Shown piece by piece: positions 16,662 to 25,128 of a stretch of DNA of 64,000 nt. The translations under genes were made by a program, and so were the position numbers. The notes under the pieces were generated by a model that worked only from the letters and a program-made list of their open reading frames with translations, did no database searches and had not been told where the DNA came from. This stretch comes from a virus. Positions within the stretch are counted from its first letter, which is position 1; the number at the start of each line of letters is the position of its first letter. The DNA lies in IMG/VR virus record IMGVR_UViG_3300009161_000031, positions 37,004 through 101,003 of that record; one strand, written 5' to 3'.

Positions 16662-16887
16662 TTGTTCCCCTTTGGTTAGATTCCGAGCGGGTGTCTCCCG
16701 CTCGGCCTTGCCCCTAAAGCGTACCGCGTCGCGGGTGCCGCGCATAGCATCGGGGCCGCGATTAGGCGAAGAATCGGGAGCTTGACCGCGCAGCGTGGCC
16801 AGCTATGGGCCGATTCTCACGCCGCGTGGTCGTTGGAGGTCGTTCTGGCAGATGGTGCGCCAGCACGACAGACTTCTCCTAATATTT

Positions 16888-16948
16888 ATTCAATTTTTCA
16901 AAAATATGTATTCAAGTTTTTGAATTCTTGCATTCAAGTTTTTGAATT
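16888..16948. repeat. three 22-bp-phased ATTCAA-GTTT-TTGAAT sites
   Basis: starts 16888 (degenerate), 16910, 16932, at the GC/AT junction. Confidence 0.8.
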
Positions 16949-17097
16949 TTTGGGTTGTTGTATATTTATGATGAAAGGGGGGCTTTTGGGGTTGTTTGGT
17001 TATATTTATTGGTATGTAGGCACTCTCTGTAAGGTTCGCATGTTTCGTCGCTCTACGGGGCACACAGGGGGCTCTCCGGGGATTGTACACGCCTATA

Positions 17098-18105
17098 TCA
17101 TGGGCCTGTTTGCATACCTATTGTTGCTTTGTTGTGTTTGATGATTTGGCTTGCTACCCATTGGGCGACGGGTGCTGCGATGCCGTTTCCGATCATGCGG
17201 AGTCTGGGTGTATCTTTGACGGCTCTGCCGTCTGCGAGCGTGGCGCAATGGCCTTCGGGCCAGCCCATGAGTCGTTCGCATTCCAATGGGCTAAGCCGCC
17301 GGAGTTGATGGGTCCCGCCCGTTTCGGGTCTGAGGTTATCGACCGCAATGAGGGTCGATTCGCGTTCATGGGTGCTCGCGACCAATGATGGGGCTATTGT
17401 TCCTTCGCCGTATTTTCCATATCCTGTTGATACAAAGATGCTTGGCGCTGGAGGATCTCCAAGAGTTGTTCCGGGATCGGGGCGTTGCGGCTTTGAATTC
17501 GTTTCATGATGCCTGCGCAAGCTTTTGGGCTGAGGGTATATCGTGGGTGCGGACTCTCCTCCAGCATGGAAATCAGCGATGAGAAAGACTCTTCGCCTGC
17601 GTTGGGATAAGCCGAAGTTTTGAGCATCCAGGATTCGCCATTCGATTGCCATTGCCCCCAGCCCAACCATACTTTCGAGTACACGGAGAAATGACTGTCC
17701 ATGTTCGGCACTAAGGAGTCCAACAACATTTTCTGCAACGGCGTATCGGGGATAAATTCCATCTGTGGCCTCTCTCATTTCTCGGATAATGCGGGCCGCT
17801 TCAAAGAAGAGAACTGACCGCTGACCTTTAAAGCCCTGCCGGGTGTCACCATAGACACCAGCGTTGCTTACATCCTGACAGGGGAACCCAAATGTGATGA
17901 TATCAACAGGCTCTATGTCATATCCGTTGATATCAACTATATCACCATATCTAGTGACGTTAGGCCAATGCCGTTCTAGGATGCTAGTGCAGCGCTCGTC
18001 TTTTTCGACTTGCCACTTGCATTCTAGTCCCGCAGCATCAAAGCCTAAATCTAATCCACCTACTCCAGCAAAAAGTGACCCATAGGTCATTGTTTTAGAT
18101 ATCAA
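17098..18105 (-). CDS. dcm: DNA (cytosine-5)-methyltransferase
   Basis: motif I SLFAGVGG, IV GFPCQ, VI ENV, VIII Q.RRRVF, IX RRLSPLECERLMG, X GNG. Confidence 0.95.
   Translation of the reverse strand: MISKTMTYGSLFAGVGGLDLGFDAAGLECKWQVEKDERCTSILERHWPNVTRYGDIVDINGYDIEPVDIITFGFPCQDVSNAGVYGDTRQGFKGQRSVLFFEAARIIREMREATDGIYPRYAVAENVVGLLSAEHGQSFLRVLESMVGLGAMAIEWRILDAQNFGLSQRRRRVFLIADFHAGGESAPTIYPQPKSLRRHHETNSKPQRPDPGTTLGDPPAPSIFVSTGYGKYGEGTIAPSLVASTHERESTLIAVDNLRPETGGTHQLRRLSPLECERLMGWPEGHCATLADGRAVKDTPRLRMIGNGIAAPVAQWVASQIIKHNKATIGMQTGP
17394..17762 (-). CDS. nested alternative-frame ORF inside dcm (putative second polypeptide)
   Basis: GAGAGG RBS-like element before ATG; SL..MLEE.PHPRY.LSPKACAGIMKR segment resembles overlapping-frame products of two-polypeptide C5 MTases. 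Confidence 0.6.
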   Translation of the reverse strand: MEFIPDTPLQKMLLDSLVPNMDSHFSVYSKVWLGWGQWQSNGESWMLKTSAYPNAGEESFSSLISMLEESPHPRYTLSPKACAGIMKRIQSRNAPIPEQLLEILQRQASLYQQDMENTAKEQ

Positions 18106-18110
18106 GTGTT

Positions 18111-18329
18111 TTACTTAGTATAGAAAAGACCGCTCGGCCCCTGAGGACCCGTAGGTCCAATCGGACCAGTAACATATTCAATTTTATCAGAAATAGTTGC
18201 TGGAATATTGTTTATATTCGAACGGCTATCTACATATATAAAAATACCAACTGCAACAATAATTAAAAGAAGCGCTATTGTTAATACATCGTTTAGACGT
18301 TCACTGTTATAGAGTAACCAGTTTTTCAT
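18111..18329 (-). CDS. membrane protein with short collagen-like tail (GPIGPTGPQGPSG)
   Basis: transmembrane segment plus G-X-Y repeats; AAGGA RBS. Confidence 0.75.
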   Translation of the reverse strand: MKNWLLYNSERLNDVLTIALLLIIVAVGIFIYVDSRSNINNIPATISDKIEYVTGPIGPTGPQGPSGLFYTK

Positions 18330-18347
18330 ATTTCCATCCTTTGTCTA

Positions 18348-18695
18348 TCAGGGCATATAAGCTTTTGCATACCCTTTTACTATCATATGACTATTGACAG
18401 ATCGACCTTGAAGGTGGGGGAACAATAGTTCGTCTAAAACAAGCGTTCCTAGGATGCGCCCATATTTCTCTGTCTTGTCTTTCGATGATTTCAAAATTAC
18501 AGGTGTCCCAACGGGGATAAGTTCTTTGAGGTAAGTCTTGGAAACTATGCCCTCGGGGGTAGAAATTTCTGGAGCATTGATTCCAATAAGTCTAACAGGT
18601 GTCTTGCGCAATATGACATTAAAACCTAAATCAATGTCTAATTTTACTGTATCCCCATCAGTTACTGAAGCAACAGTTGCGTAATACTCATACAT
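18348..18695 (-). CDS. thermonuclease/SNase-like nuclease
   Basis: V.DGDT...IDLGF...VRL.GINAPE...KYGR.L motifs. Confidence 0.9.
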   Translation of the reverse strand: MYEYYATVASVTDGDTVKLDIDLGFNVILRKTPVRLIGINAPEISTPEGIVSKTYLKELIPVGTPVILKSSKDKTEKYGRILGTLVLDELLFPHLQGRSVNSHMIVKGYAKAYMP

Positions 18696-18979
18696 TACTG
18701 AGCAGCGCGCCAGATTGTCTTGCGGAAAGGCCAGCGGCCTTTAGCAAATTCTGTAATCCGTTCGGCTTCATTGTCCTCGTTGATTACGTCAATAGTTTCA
18801 GTCTGAGGGAAAGTGCTCAAGAGTCTGGTGATTGCGTAGTTGCGAGTCTTAAAACCTTCTTCGCTGGCTCCAACTGTCTTCCAGTTTCCACCACGAGCAA
18901 CAAAACGCCACTCTCCTGCATTGTCTGTGTATACCTGTGCATTGCGTACTCTAATCATATTGAGATTATAGCACATCAA
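18695..18979 (-). CDS. YegP/DUF1508-like protein
   Basis: Y.D.AGEWRF...GN...VG.S.EGFKTR pattern. Confidence 0.65.
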   Translation of the reverse strand: MMCYNLNMIRVRNAQVYTDNAGEWRFVARGGNWKTVGASEEGFKTRNYAITRLLSTFPQTETIDVINEDNEAERITEFAKGRWPFRKTIWRAAQ

Positions 18980-19148
18980 ATTTGGGATTTAGGTGATTGC
19001 AACCACAATTCTTTGGAGAATGTTTTACCAACTTTGACAACTCATTATTCTTAACGGTCAAAATCTGGACATTATTCTCCAATTCAGCAATTTCTCGCTT
19101 CAACATAAGAATTTCAGTGTAACTGGTAGCAAAAATATCTTGATTCAT
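18966..19148 (-). CDS. small coiled-coil hypothetical protein
   Basis: AAGGAG RBS before ATG 19148. Confidence 0.6.
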   Translation of the reverse strand: MNQDIFATSYTEILMLKREIAELENNVQILTVKNNELSKLVKHSPKNCGCNHLNPKFDVL

Positions 19149-19247
19149 TATTTCTCCTTGTCGCACAATAGACCAAAATTGGCAATAGCCCACAATATAC
19201 ATAGAATGCCAATGTAGGAAACTCCAAAAAATATCTCCCAAAAAATA

Positions 19248-19568
19248 TCACTCATCGTCTTCATCCTCATCTGCATCGGGGTCTTCATAATCCTCTGGAA
19301 AGGCGCTCCAGAATTTTCCAAGATTTTTCATCCTAAACTCTTCATCCCACATATAGGGTAGAGCTTCTTCGTTTGCATCTGAGTTAAACATGTAGTTTAC
19401 TTCACGAGCTATCTTTAAATCGACAAGCATCTGACGCTGAAGAATATTTACAATAATCTGCCAAGATAGAGCATTATCTAAATGACGGGCAGTCTCAACT
19501 ATCTCAAGAAGAGATTCGCCATTATCCAACCAAGGAGGTACCCAATCACCAATCTGTGAATCGCCCAT
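19248..19568 (-). CDS. hypothetical protein, acidic C-terminus
   Basis: operon packing. Confidence 0.7.
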   Translation of the reverse strand: MGDSQIGDWVPPWLDNGESLLEIVETARHLDNALSWQIIVNILQRQMLVDLKIAREVNYMFNSDANEEALPYMWDEEFRMKNLGKFWSAFPEDYEDPDADEDEDDE

Positions 19569-19775
19569 TTAGAAAGAGTCATCCTCGTCGTCCTCATGTC
19601 TTGCACCGTTGACAAGATGATCTCGCATAATTTCTAGGGCACCATTCAACATGCCATATATAGCCCAACCTTCAGAGAAACTGCCGATGTCGTAATCGAT
19701 TTCGAGGTCGCCTGTTTCTTCATCTAGTGTGATGGTAACAATCTTGATGTCAGGCATTCCGTCTAATCGTTGCAT
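19569..19775 (-). CDS. acidic hypothetical protein
   Basis: GGAGG RBS before ATG 19775. Confidence 0.65.
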   Translation of the reverse strand: MQRLDGMPDIKIVTITLDEETGDLEIDYDIGSFSEGWAIYGMLNGALEIMRDHLVNGARHEDDEDDSF

Positions 19776-19885
19776 CGGTTCCTCCAAACTGGACTTGCTT
19801 TTCTTTGTCTCGCTTTGGTCTATATACAAACTTCGTGTTCTGCCGTCTAGCCTCGGGACTAAAAGACTCATTAATATCATTGATA

Positions 19886-20587
19886 TTAACGAATAGAGAT
19901 GTTGTAGACCATAAGCGAGCGAGACTTGGGTCCCACAATACCATCAGGCACGAGCCTCCAGAACCGTTGAAAATCTTTGGTCGCCGCAGTGGTTTGCGGG
20001 CCGAAGGAACCATCTCCAATAAGATGTGTCCCATTGGCATAGTTCAACGCACACTGCCAATACTTGACCTCTTCATTTTGGGACCCTCCCTTAAGAATAG
20101 GACCATCTTTAACTTTATTAATAAGATCACCTTTAAGAACATCACTCGCTTTAATTTGCGGGACATTATATGTAACACCAGGAACGAGGCATGCATTAGT
20201 CCAAGGACGATTATAAGCAGACCAGGAGCCAACACCATATGCTGTTCCGCGGGCTTCTGCGGTACTACCATTCCCTAGCGATATGGCTACATGCCCAGAA
20301 GGACCATACCCAGAGTATCCGCTGTTCGCTCCCATAAAGAGCAATGCTCCGGGAGTATGGATAGCTTGGTCGATAGAGATTAACGTATGGTTATCTCTTC
20401 CCATGATTGCTTGATTCCAACTCCCATTCGGAAGTGATACCCCATTTCGACCAAAAACCCAATGGGTATATCCAGAACAATCAAAAGAACGAGGATTACG
20501 AACTGAAACAGCAGGGGCAGACGCATAGACATATGGCTTCCCGAACTGAGATCTTGCTGTATCAACAATTTGATTTGGTGTTGTCAT
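19886..20587 (-). CDS. NlpC/P60 peptidoglycan peptidase with C-terminal peptidoglycan-binding domain (putative endolysin)
   Basis: GKPY, FDCSG, GHVAISLG; C-terminal DG.FGP.T..A...FQ....L..DGIVGP. Confidence 0.9.
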   Translation of the reverse strand: MTTPNQIVDTARSQFGKPYVYASAPAVSVRNPRSFDCSGYTHWVFGRNGVSLPNGSWNQAIMGRDNHTLISIDQAIHTPGALLFMGANSGYSGYGPSGHVAISLGNGSTAEARGTAYGVGSWSAYNRPWTNACLVPGVTYNVPQIKASDVLKGDLINKVKDGPILKGGSQNEEVKYWQCALNYANGTHLIGDGSFGPQTTAATKDFQRFWRLVPDGIVGPKSRSLMVYNISIR

Positions 20588-20597
20588 TATTCTCCTT

Positions 20598-20819
20598 TTA
20601 CCATGTCACTTGACATTGGCTACAACGATAGTGTTCCCAAAGTACAGGAAACTCACATTTACATTTATCTGACTCCTCATCACAAAGAATGCAATGATGA
20701 GACTGTTTACCCATTTTACCGCAATTCCAGCAAATGAGCAAGTGCTCAAATACTGACATAGTCGGTATATTCAAAAAGTTCCATTTGAACATATCCTTGC
20801 TGAACAAATAAAGTGGCAC
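20598..20819 (-). CDS. Cys-rich Zn-finger-like protein
   Basis: CWNC, CILC, CKC, CSQC; true start may be MSVFEHL. Confidence 0.6.
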   Translation of the reverse strand: MPLYLFSKDMFKWNFLNIPTMSVFEHLLICWNCGKMGKQSHHCILCDEESDKCKCEFPVLWEHYRCSQCQVTW

Positions 20820-20921
20820 ATTGCTTATGCACTATCCGATTGCCTGTATTTAATAAACACCATGATATCCTGTTTTCAACTCTAAGACCACACAAATTAC
20901 AGAAAAAATCTGTAAGGGGTA

Positions 20922-21242
20922 TCACTTATTTAAGCCAGTCTCTTTTTTTTTATCAAGGCTTATCATATATAGAACTAGATATCCAATGAGATCAATGATA
21001 ACATCTTCGTCTTCATCCGACTGACTAGAGGCAACCCGAGAAATCTTGTCATCAATTCGGACCTTAAGCTGCTCTGCGGGATCAGCCTTAGAGAAGATTC
21101 GCACTGGCGAGAGGGCAGAGTCGCCATAGCGACGATTTTTCTCAATCAACAATGCTTCTATCTTATCTAGAGTAGCAATAATTGCATATTGAGTATCAGT
21201 CTTAAGACCGTTAACATAACCTACTGAATAATCAGACAGCAT
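20922..21242 (-). CDS. DUF1599/Nmad1-like nucleotide-modification-associated protein
   Basis: KN.RYGDSAL.P.RIFSK...EQL.VRIDDK..R...ED...DLIGY pattern. Confidence 0.75.
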   Translation of the reverse strand: MLSDYSVGYVNGLKTDTQYAIIATLDKIEALLIEKNRRYGDSALSPVRIFSKADPAEQLKVRIDDKISRVASSQSDEDEDVIIDLIGYLVLYMISLDKKKETGLNK

Positions 21243-21543
21243 TGCGTTTACCTTGTCTTTTAAAGAAACGAAGAAGCATTTTATACAATAAACTTTCAGC
21301 TTCTGGCGATGAATAGTATACTCTCATATATGCATAATGAGTAATATTGTCTAAAAACACACAATCATCATTGTGACATTGATATATTACTTTAAAATCC
21401 ATAGGGTTGTTTTCAATATGGCAAGTGGTTTCAATAATCAACGCCTGCTCACAATGTGGGCAGTATCTATCTGGATAAGGAAATCCGGGGATTCTATGCG
21501 GAATGGCAATTCCGCCATTGTCAAGTATTGAACCCATTATCAA
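21232..21543 (-). CDS. Zn-ribbon hypothetical protein
   Basis: CPHC...C...C. Confidence 0.7.
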   Translation of the reverse strand: MIMGSILDNGGIAIPHRIPGFPYPDRYCPHCEQALIIETTCHIENNPMDFKVIYQCHNDDCVFLDNITHYAYMRVYYSSPEAESLLYKMLLRFFKRQGKRNAV

Positions 21544-21745
21544 AAATCTCCAAGAGTTGCTCCATTTTATATTTTGCAGTTGTTATTCCCAATATCAAAC
21601 TTTTAAATTCTTCAATCTCAACATCCCGATCTGGAATGGATAGAAAAAAAGTTGATAGATAATCATCGTTATCTTTAAATACCTTTACAGATATTGCAAG
21701 GCTATTATCTGTTTCAATATGATCAGCTGAGGAAAATTCACTCAC
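21521..21745 (-). CDS. hypothetical protein
   Basis: operon packing. Confidence 0.6.
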   Translation of the reverse strand: MSEFSSADHIETDNSLAISVKVFKDNDDYLSTFFLSIPDRDVEIEEFKSLILGITTAKYKMEQLLEIFDNGFNT

Positions 21746-21923
21746 TGGAGAATGTTCCTTTAACTACCGTGTAAACCAACCTTGCAGTCAGTAAAGCGCT
21801 GATGGTTAAAGAATATGAAATTTTATATTGAAGAGCCCCTAGGGTTAACATTGTGATCCATGCCACAAAAAATACATATAGCAAATATGATATTGCAATT
21901 GCCGCTACATTAGGTTTTTCCAT
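21738..21923 (-). CDS. two-TM membrane protein (possible holin-like)
   Basis: two hydrophobic segments; leaderless TAGGAT-N6-ATG. Confidence 0.65.
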   Translation of the reverse strand: MEKPNVAAIAISYLLYVFFVAWITMLTLGALQYKISYSLTISALLTARLVYTVVKGTFSSE

Positions 21924-21969
21924 ATTTAAATCCTATCATATTTAGTAGTACAAAATGAATAATTGCAAA

Positions 21970-22338
21970 TTAATCTTCAATAGGGTGTTGCTGAATTTGC
22001 AGAGAGCCTGAAATTTTGTCTTGATTGATAGATAGTCTATCTACACATATCTGAAGGTGCCTAATTTCAGTAGTAAGTTTTTTGTTACTTTCGTCACATC
22101 TGTACATCTCTGCTCTAATGGCATCTAACGCATTCTGGAGTCTAGTGACTTCTGTTTGAAGATTCTGAACAACATCGTTATACGCTGCAAACAGAGTTGT
22201 GTCGGCTTCTACTTCAACTTTTTCTTTTACCCCACGCCAATTTATAATGGAAGAAATTGCGGCTACAATAATAGAACTGCTGGCTGCAATAATCGCGACA
22301 TTTGTGGTTGACATAGCTGCGAAAAAGAGGTGTGACAT
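21970..22338 (-). CDS. membrane-anchored coiled-coil protein (possible lysis accessory)
   Basis: N-terminal TM then coiled coil; leaderless CATAAT-N6-ATG. Confidence 0.7.
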   Translation of the reverse strand: MSHLFFAAMSTTNVAIIAASSSIIVAAISSIINWRGVKEKVEVEADTTLFAAYNDVVQNLQTEVTRLQNALDAIRAEMYRCDESNKKLTTEIRHLQICVDRLSINQDKISGSLQIQQHPIED

Positions 22339-22362
22339 AGATAAATTATGACATAGATATTG

Positions 22363-23043
22363 CTATACAGCAACCCTGCCAAATTCAAGAAATGACTGGT
22401 GAGTGACTGGCATAATTTGACTAAAAAGATATTCTATGGCTGAAGCAAACTCTCTGATTTCAAGCATGGCTTCTGGGGCATTTCTAAGGGAGACAAAGTT
22501 CATTAAACTTCTAGCATTGATGCTCCAATAAAATTCTGTATAAGTTCCTACTGGGAGAACAATGCGAGCAATTTCTTTTGCTACGCCTTGAGCCAGAAGT
22601 TGCTTGTAAGTTTGATGAGCAAAATCATAAACTTCTTGAACTTGACGTTGACTAAAACCTACCTGTCCAGTGGAGTCGTCCATTGGTTCAAAAGTATAAG
22701 AACCAGGCTTCCCTGTTTGAGTTCTAAAGTGATCTATTTCTGGCATATAAAATTCTGACTCTGAAACAGAGTAACGCATGCTGAACTCATTGAAACTTCC
22801 GATCCGATGACGCATCCATTCTCTAGCTACGAAGATTGGGGTCTTGATATGAAATCTGAAAAAGTTATGTTCAAATGGAGTCCCGTGACGATTTTTCATC
22901 AGAAATTTTATCAGTCCAACGTCAGATTCATCCATGAAATCTTTTTTCTGACCGAACGATACGCGCGCGGCATTCACTACGCTAAGATCAGTAGCCTCAT
23001 AGCCATCTAGCCTTACAAAACCCTTATGTATATCTATCTTCAT
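22363..23043 (-). CDS. thyX: flavin-dependent thymidylate synthase
   Basis: AARVS, HGTPFEH, RHRIGSFNEFSMRY, KEIARIVLP, EIR motifs. Confidence 0.97.
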   Translation of the reverse strand: MKIDIHKGFVRLDGYEATDLSVVNAARVSFGQKKDFMDESDVGLIKFLMKNRHGTPFEHNFFRFHIKTPIFVAREWMRHRIGSFNEFSMRYSVSESEFYMPEIDHFRTQTGKPGSYTFEPMDDSTGQVGFSQRQVQEVYDFAHQTYKQLLAQGVAKEIARIVLPVGTYTEFYWSINARSLMNFVSLRNAPEAMLEIREFASAIEYLFSQIMPVTHQSFLEFGRVAV

Positions 23044-23338
23044 TAGTAGTTAGTATCCTTAGAATGGAGGCCAGTCTATATCTAGCTGGCTAGCTAGTAT
23101 AAGAGCAGAGTATCAGAGATTTTTGCTCGGCGCAAGCGAAACGAGAATTTTTTTTTGTCAAACTAGTTGATCGGCTGGTTTGGAACTGCTATCATTGCCT
23201 TGATGGACAAGAGCGCTGCTATTCAAATTTTGTTAAATGAAATCAACAATACCGTCTTTCACGATGAGCGTACTTTGATTGTAGCAACCCGTATTTGGAT
23301 GTCAAAAAACATACTCAATAATTAACTGGAGATAAAAC

Positions 23339-23509
23339 ATGCAATTAAGTTTTTATAATACTGATGCATTTCAATATTCTGGAGTAATTGATATTCCAGA
23401 CAATCTTGCTTTATCTATTGAAAAATTTGCAGAGCAAGCCGGATTAAATATAGAAGATTATATTATATATTTGCTTACAGCTCATTTTGAGTCTTTAACT
23501 CAAGAATAA
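23339..23509 (+). CDS. 56-aa possible ribbon-helix-helix protein
   Basis: read manually; GGAG RBS; IDIPDNLALSIEKFAEQAGLNIEDYIIYLL pattern (fold is inference). Confidence 0.55.
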   Translation: MQLSFYNTDAFQYSGVIDIPDNLALSIEKFAEQAGLNIEDYIIYLLTAHFESLTQE

Positions 23510-23520
23510 AATAAACTGCT

Positions 23521-23823
23521 ATGTTAATAGACAATCAAAGAATAGTTTTTGAAAAAGAATTTGAAATCTCTGTTGCAAATGCAGCAAAAATGCTTGACGG
23601 AGAATTTATTCCCGAAGGCACTGAAGATGCTTACCTAGACTGCTGGGAAGATATACACCATTGCGGTACCTGCATCACTCGCGAAGTTTTGAATACCGTT
23701 TGGCCCTCAGTGGAAAAATATATTGACTCCCTTGAGTTTATAATTAATCAATTAGATCCTTCCGATGTCTTGAGTGCGTTAAAAAAAAAGAAAGATATGT
23801 TGACGCACCAGCTCCCTGAGTGA
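23521..23823 (+). CDS. hypothetical protein
   Basis: 100-aa ORF, HCGTC motif. Confidence 0.7.
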   Translation: MLIDNQRIVFEKEFEISVANAAKMLDGEFIPEGTEDAYLDCWEDIHHCGTCITREVLNTVWPSVEKYIDSLEFIINQLDPSDVLSALKKKKDMLTHQLPE

Positions 23824-23870
23824 TGTATGCTGCCTTGCAACATCCACACCACCCGCCCAAAGGGGACTAA

Positions 23871-24272
23871 GTGACTATCAATCAAGAAATATCAGAATTT
23901 TTAATGACCGAGCTTGCTCAAACTCGTTGCGATTTTGAAGACGATAGTAGTTTTTCATATAGTGTAATTGTTAACATTGCAATTTTAGGAAATACTATTT
24001 CCGAATCACTTATTGAATTGTATCTTGTGCCAATTAAAGATGTTATCTCTGAAGAGTTAATTATGGGTACTTTATCTTATTTTCATGGTGCGGAGTTATT
24101 AGTTGTTGCTTGTGATTGCTCATCTAGAAATACAAAGTGTTTAGTTTCAGATATTGAGTCTACATCTTGGCATCTATTTGGCCGTGGAGAAAAAATAGCT
24201 AAATCAGAATTTTATGACAGAGCTGCTCTAGATATTTTAGAATTAAGAGAAAGTCTTTTTGACGGTGGATGA
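23871..24272 (+). CDS. hypothetical protein
   Basis: AAGGGG RBS, GTG start. Confidence 0.7.
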   Translation: MTINQEISEFLMTELAQTRCDFEDDSSFSYSVIVNIAILGNTISESLIELYLVPIKDVISEELIMGTLSYFHGAELLVVACDCSSRNTKCLVSDIESTSWHLFGRGEKIAKSEFYDRAALDILELRESLFDGG

Positions 24273-24498
24273 AATAAATTCTATTGCATCTGATTGGTTT
24301 ATTGAGATGCATGAGTGTGGACATATTGTCCATTGGCCTAATGATTGGCCAGAAGGTCACGGACAATCTGCTCCTAGGTTTATAAACTCTGTAGTCAGAT
24401 GTCCAGGTTGTTATAAGGGACCAAAGAATTGGTTTGAGTATAGGAGAGTCAAAGCTTTGGCTATTCGTCCAGATTTATTGGGTAACAGTAAAGTATAA
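24259..24498 (+). CDS. Zn-binding hypothetical protein
   Basis: HECGH...CPGC. Confidence 0.65.
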   Translation: MTVDEINSIASDWFIEMHECGHIVHWPNDWPEGHGQSAPRFINSVVRCPGCYKGPKNWFEYRRVKALAIRPDLLGNSKV

Positions 24499-24535
24499 TC
24501 TTTGCTATATACTAAAACTGTGGTAACATAGTCTC

Positions 24536-24670
24536 ATGGCTATTACTACAGGTACGATAGGAGCAGGCGGTGGGGGAATCAAAAATCCCCAGCAAGCATC
24601 TTCTTCTAATAAACCAAAGGCAATAGATGTTACCCCTCAGAAGGTGTCTGTTGTTACAATTAAAAAATAG
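24536..24670 (+). CDS. 44-aa leaderless peptide MAITTGTIGAGGGG...
   Basis: TAACAT-N6-ATG; read manually. Confidence 0.45.
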   Translation: MAITTGTIGAGGGGIKNPQQASSSNKPKAIDVTPQKVSVVTIKK

Positions 24671-24773
24671 TCGATAAGTTTTAGCTTATGCTAAAATATG
24701 CTTACTGATTAGGTTTGCATACCCCAATTGCTGGGGACTCCCCCGAATTGCTCGGGGACTTTGGAGAAATATT

Positions 24774-25031
24774 ATGGCTGCTTATGCTGGCATTAAAGTA
24801 CTTTACAAGACAGAGGCAGGATTTATTCCTGCTACGACTGTAGCTCACCGTACAGGAGCAACTGCTGCTGCTTCGGTGATTGCTGATGTTGCTATTAGTG
24901 GTGCAACATTTGTTGACATCGTTACAACGGGCTATCAGCCCACTCGCATTACGGCTGCGCCTGTTGCTGCAGCGTCGACCTTTGCTGCTCGACTTACGAA
25001 TGCCGTTGGAAGCGTTTGGCTTCCTGCGTAA
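24774..25031 (+). CDS. Ala/Thr-rich small protein, possibly a virion component
   Basis: GGAG RBS, biased codon use, own terminator. Confidence 0.75.
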   Translation: MAAYAGIKVLYKTEAGFIPATTVAHRTGATAAASVIADVAISGATFVDIVTTGYQPTRITAAPVAAASTFAARLTNAVGSVWLPA

Positions 25032-25058
25032 TTTAATTTAAGGTTCCGCTACCTTATG

Positions 25059-25088
25059 AGAAGCCCGCTGGAAACGGCGGGCTTTTCT
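25059..25088 (+). terminator. intrinsic terminator
   Basis: AAGCCCGCTG-GAAA-CGGCGGGCTTTTCT. Confidence 0.85.
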
Positions 25089-25128
25089 ATGCCTTGACTC
25101 AAAGTCATTTATTTGATAATATAGAGAT

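Larger units (their letters stand above)
3552..16870 (-). other. array of ~22 self-contained expression cassettes (putative early/host-takeover region)
   Basis: repeating unit of ~420-650 bp: promoter, leader hairpin, short ORF, terminator hairpin, long palindrome, AT tract; all genes on the minus strand; GC-richer than the flanks. Confidence 0.9.

Noticed and set aside
4902-17141. Numerous + strand and overlapping ORFs in the array (e.g. 4902-5213, 8476-9051, 12463-12867, 15280-15630, 15716-15979)
   Set aside because: They run through palindromes, promoters or tandem repeats, lack RBS, and are expected shadows in GC-rich DNA.
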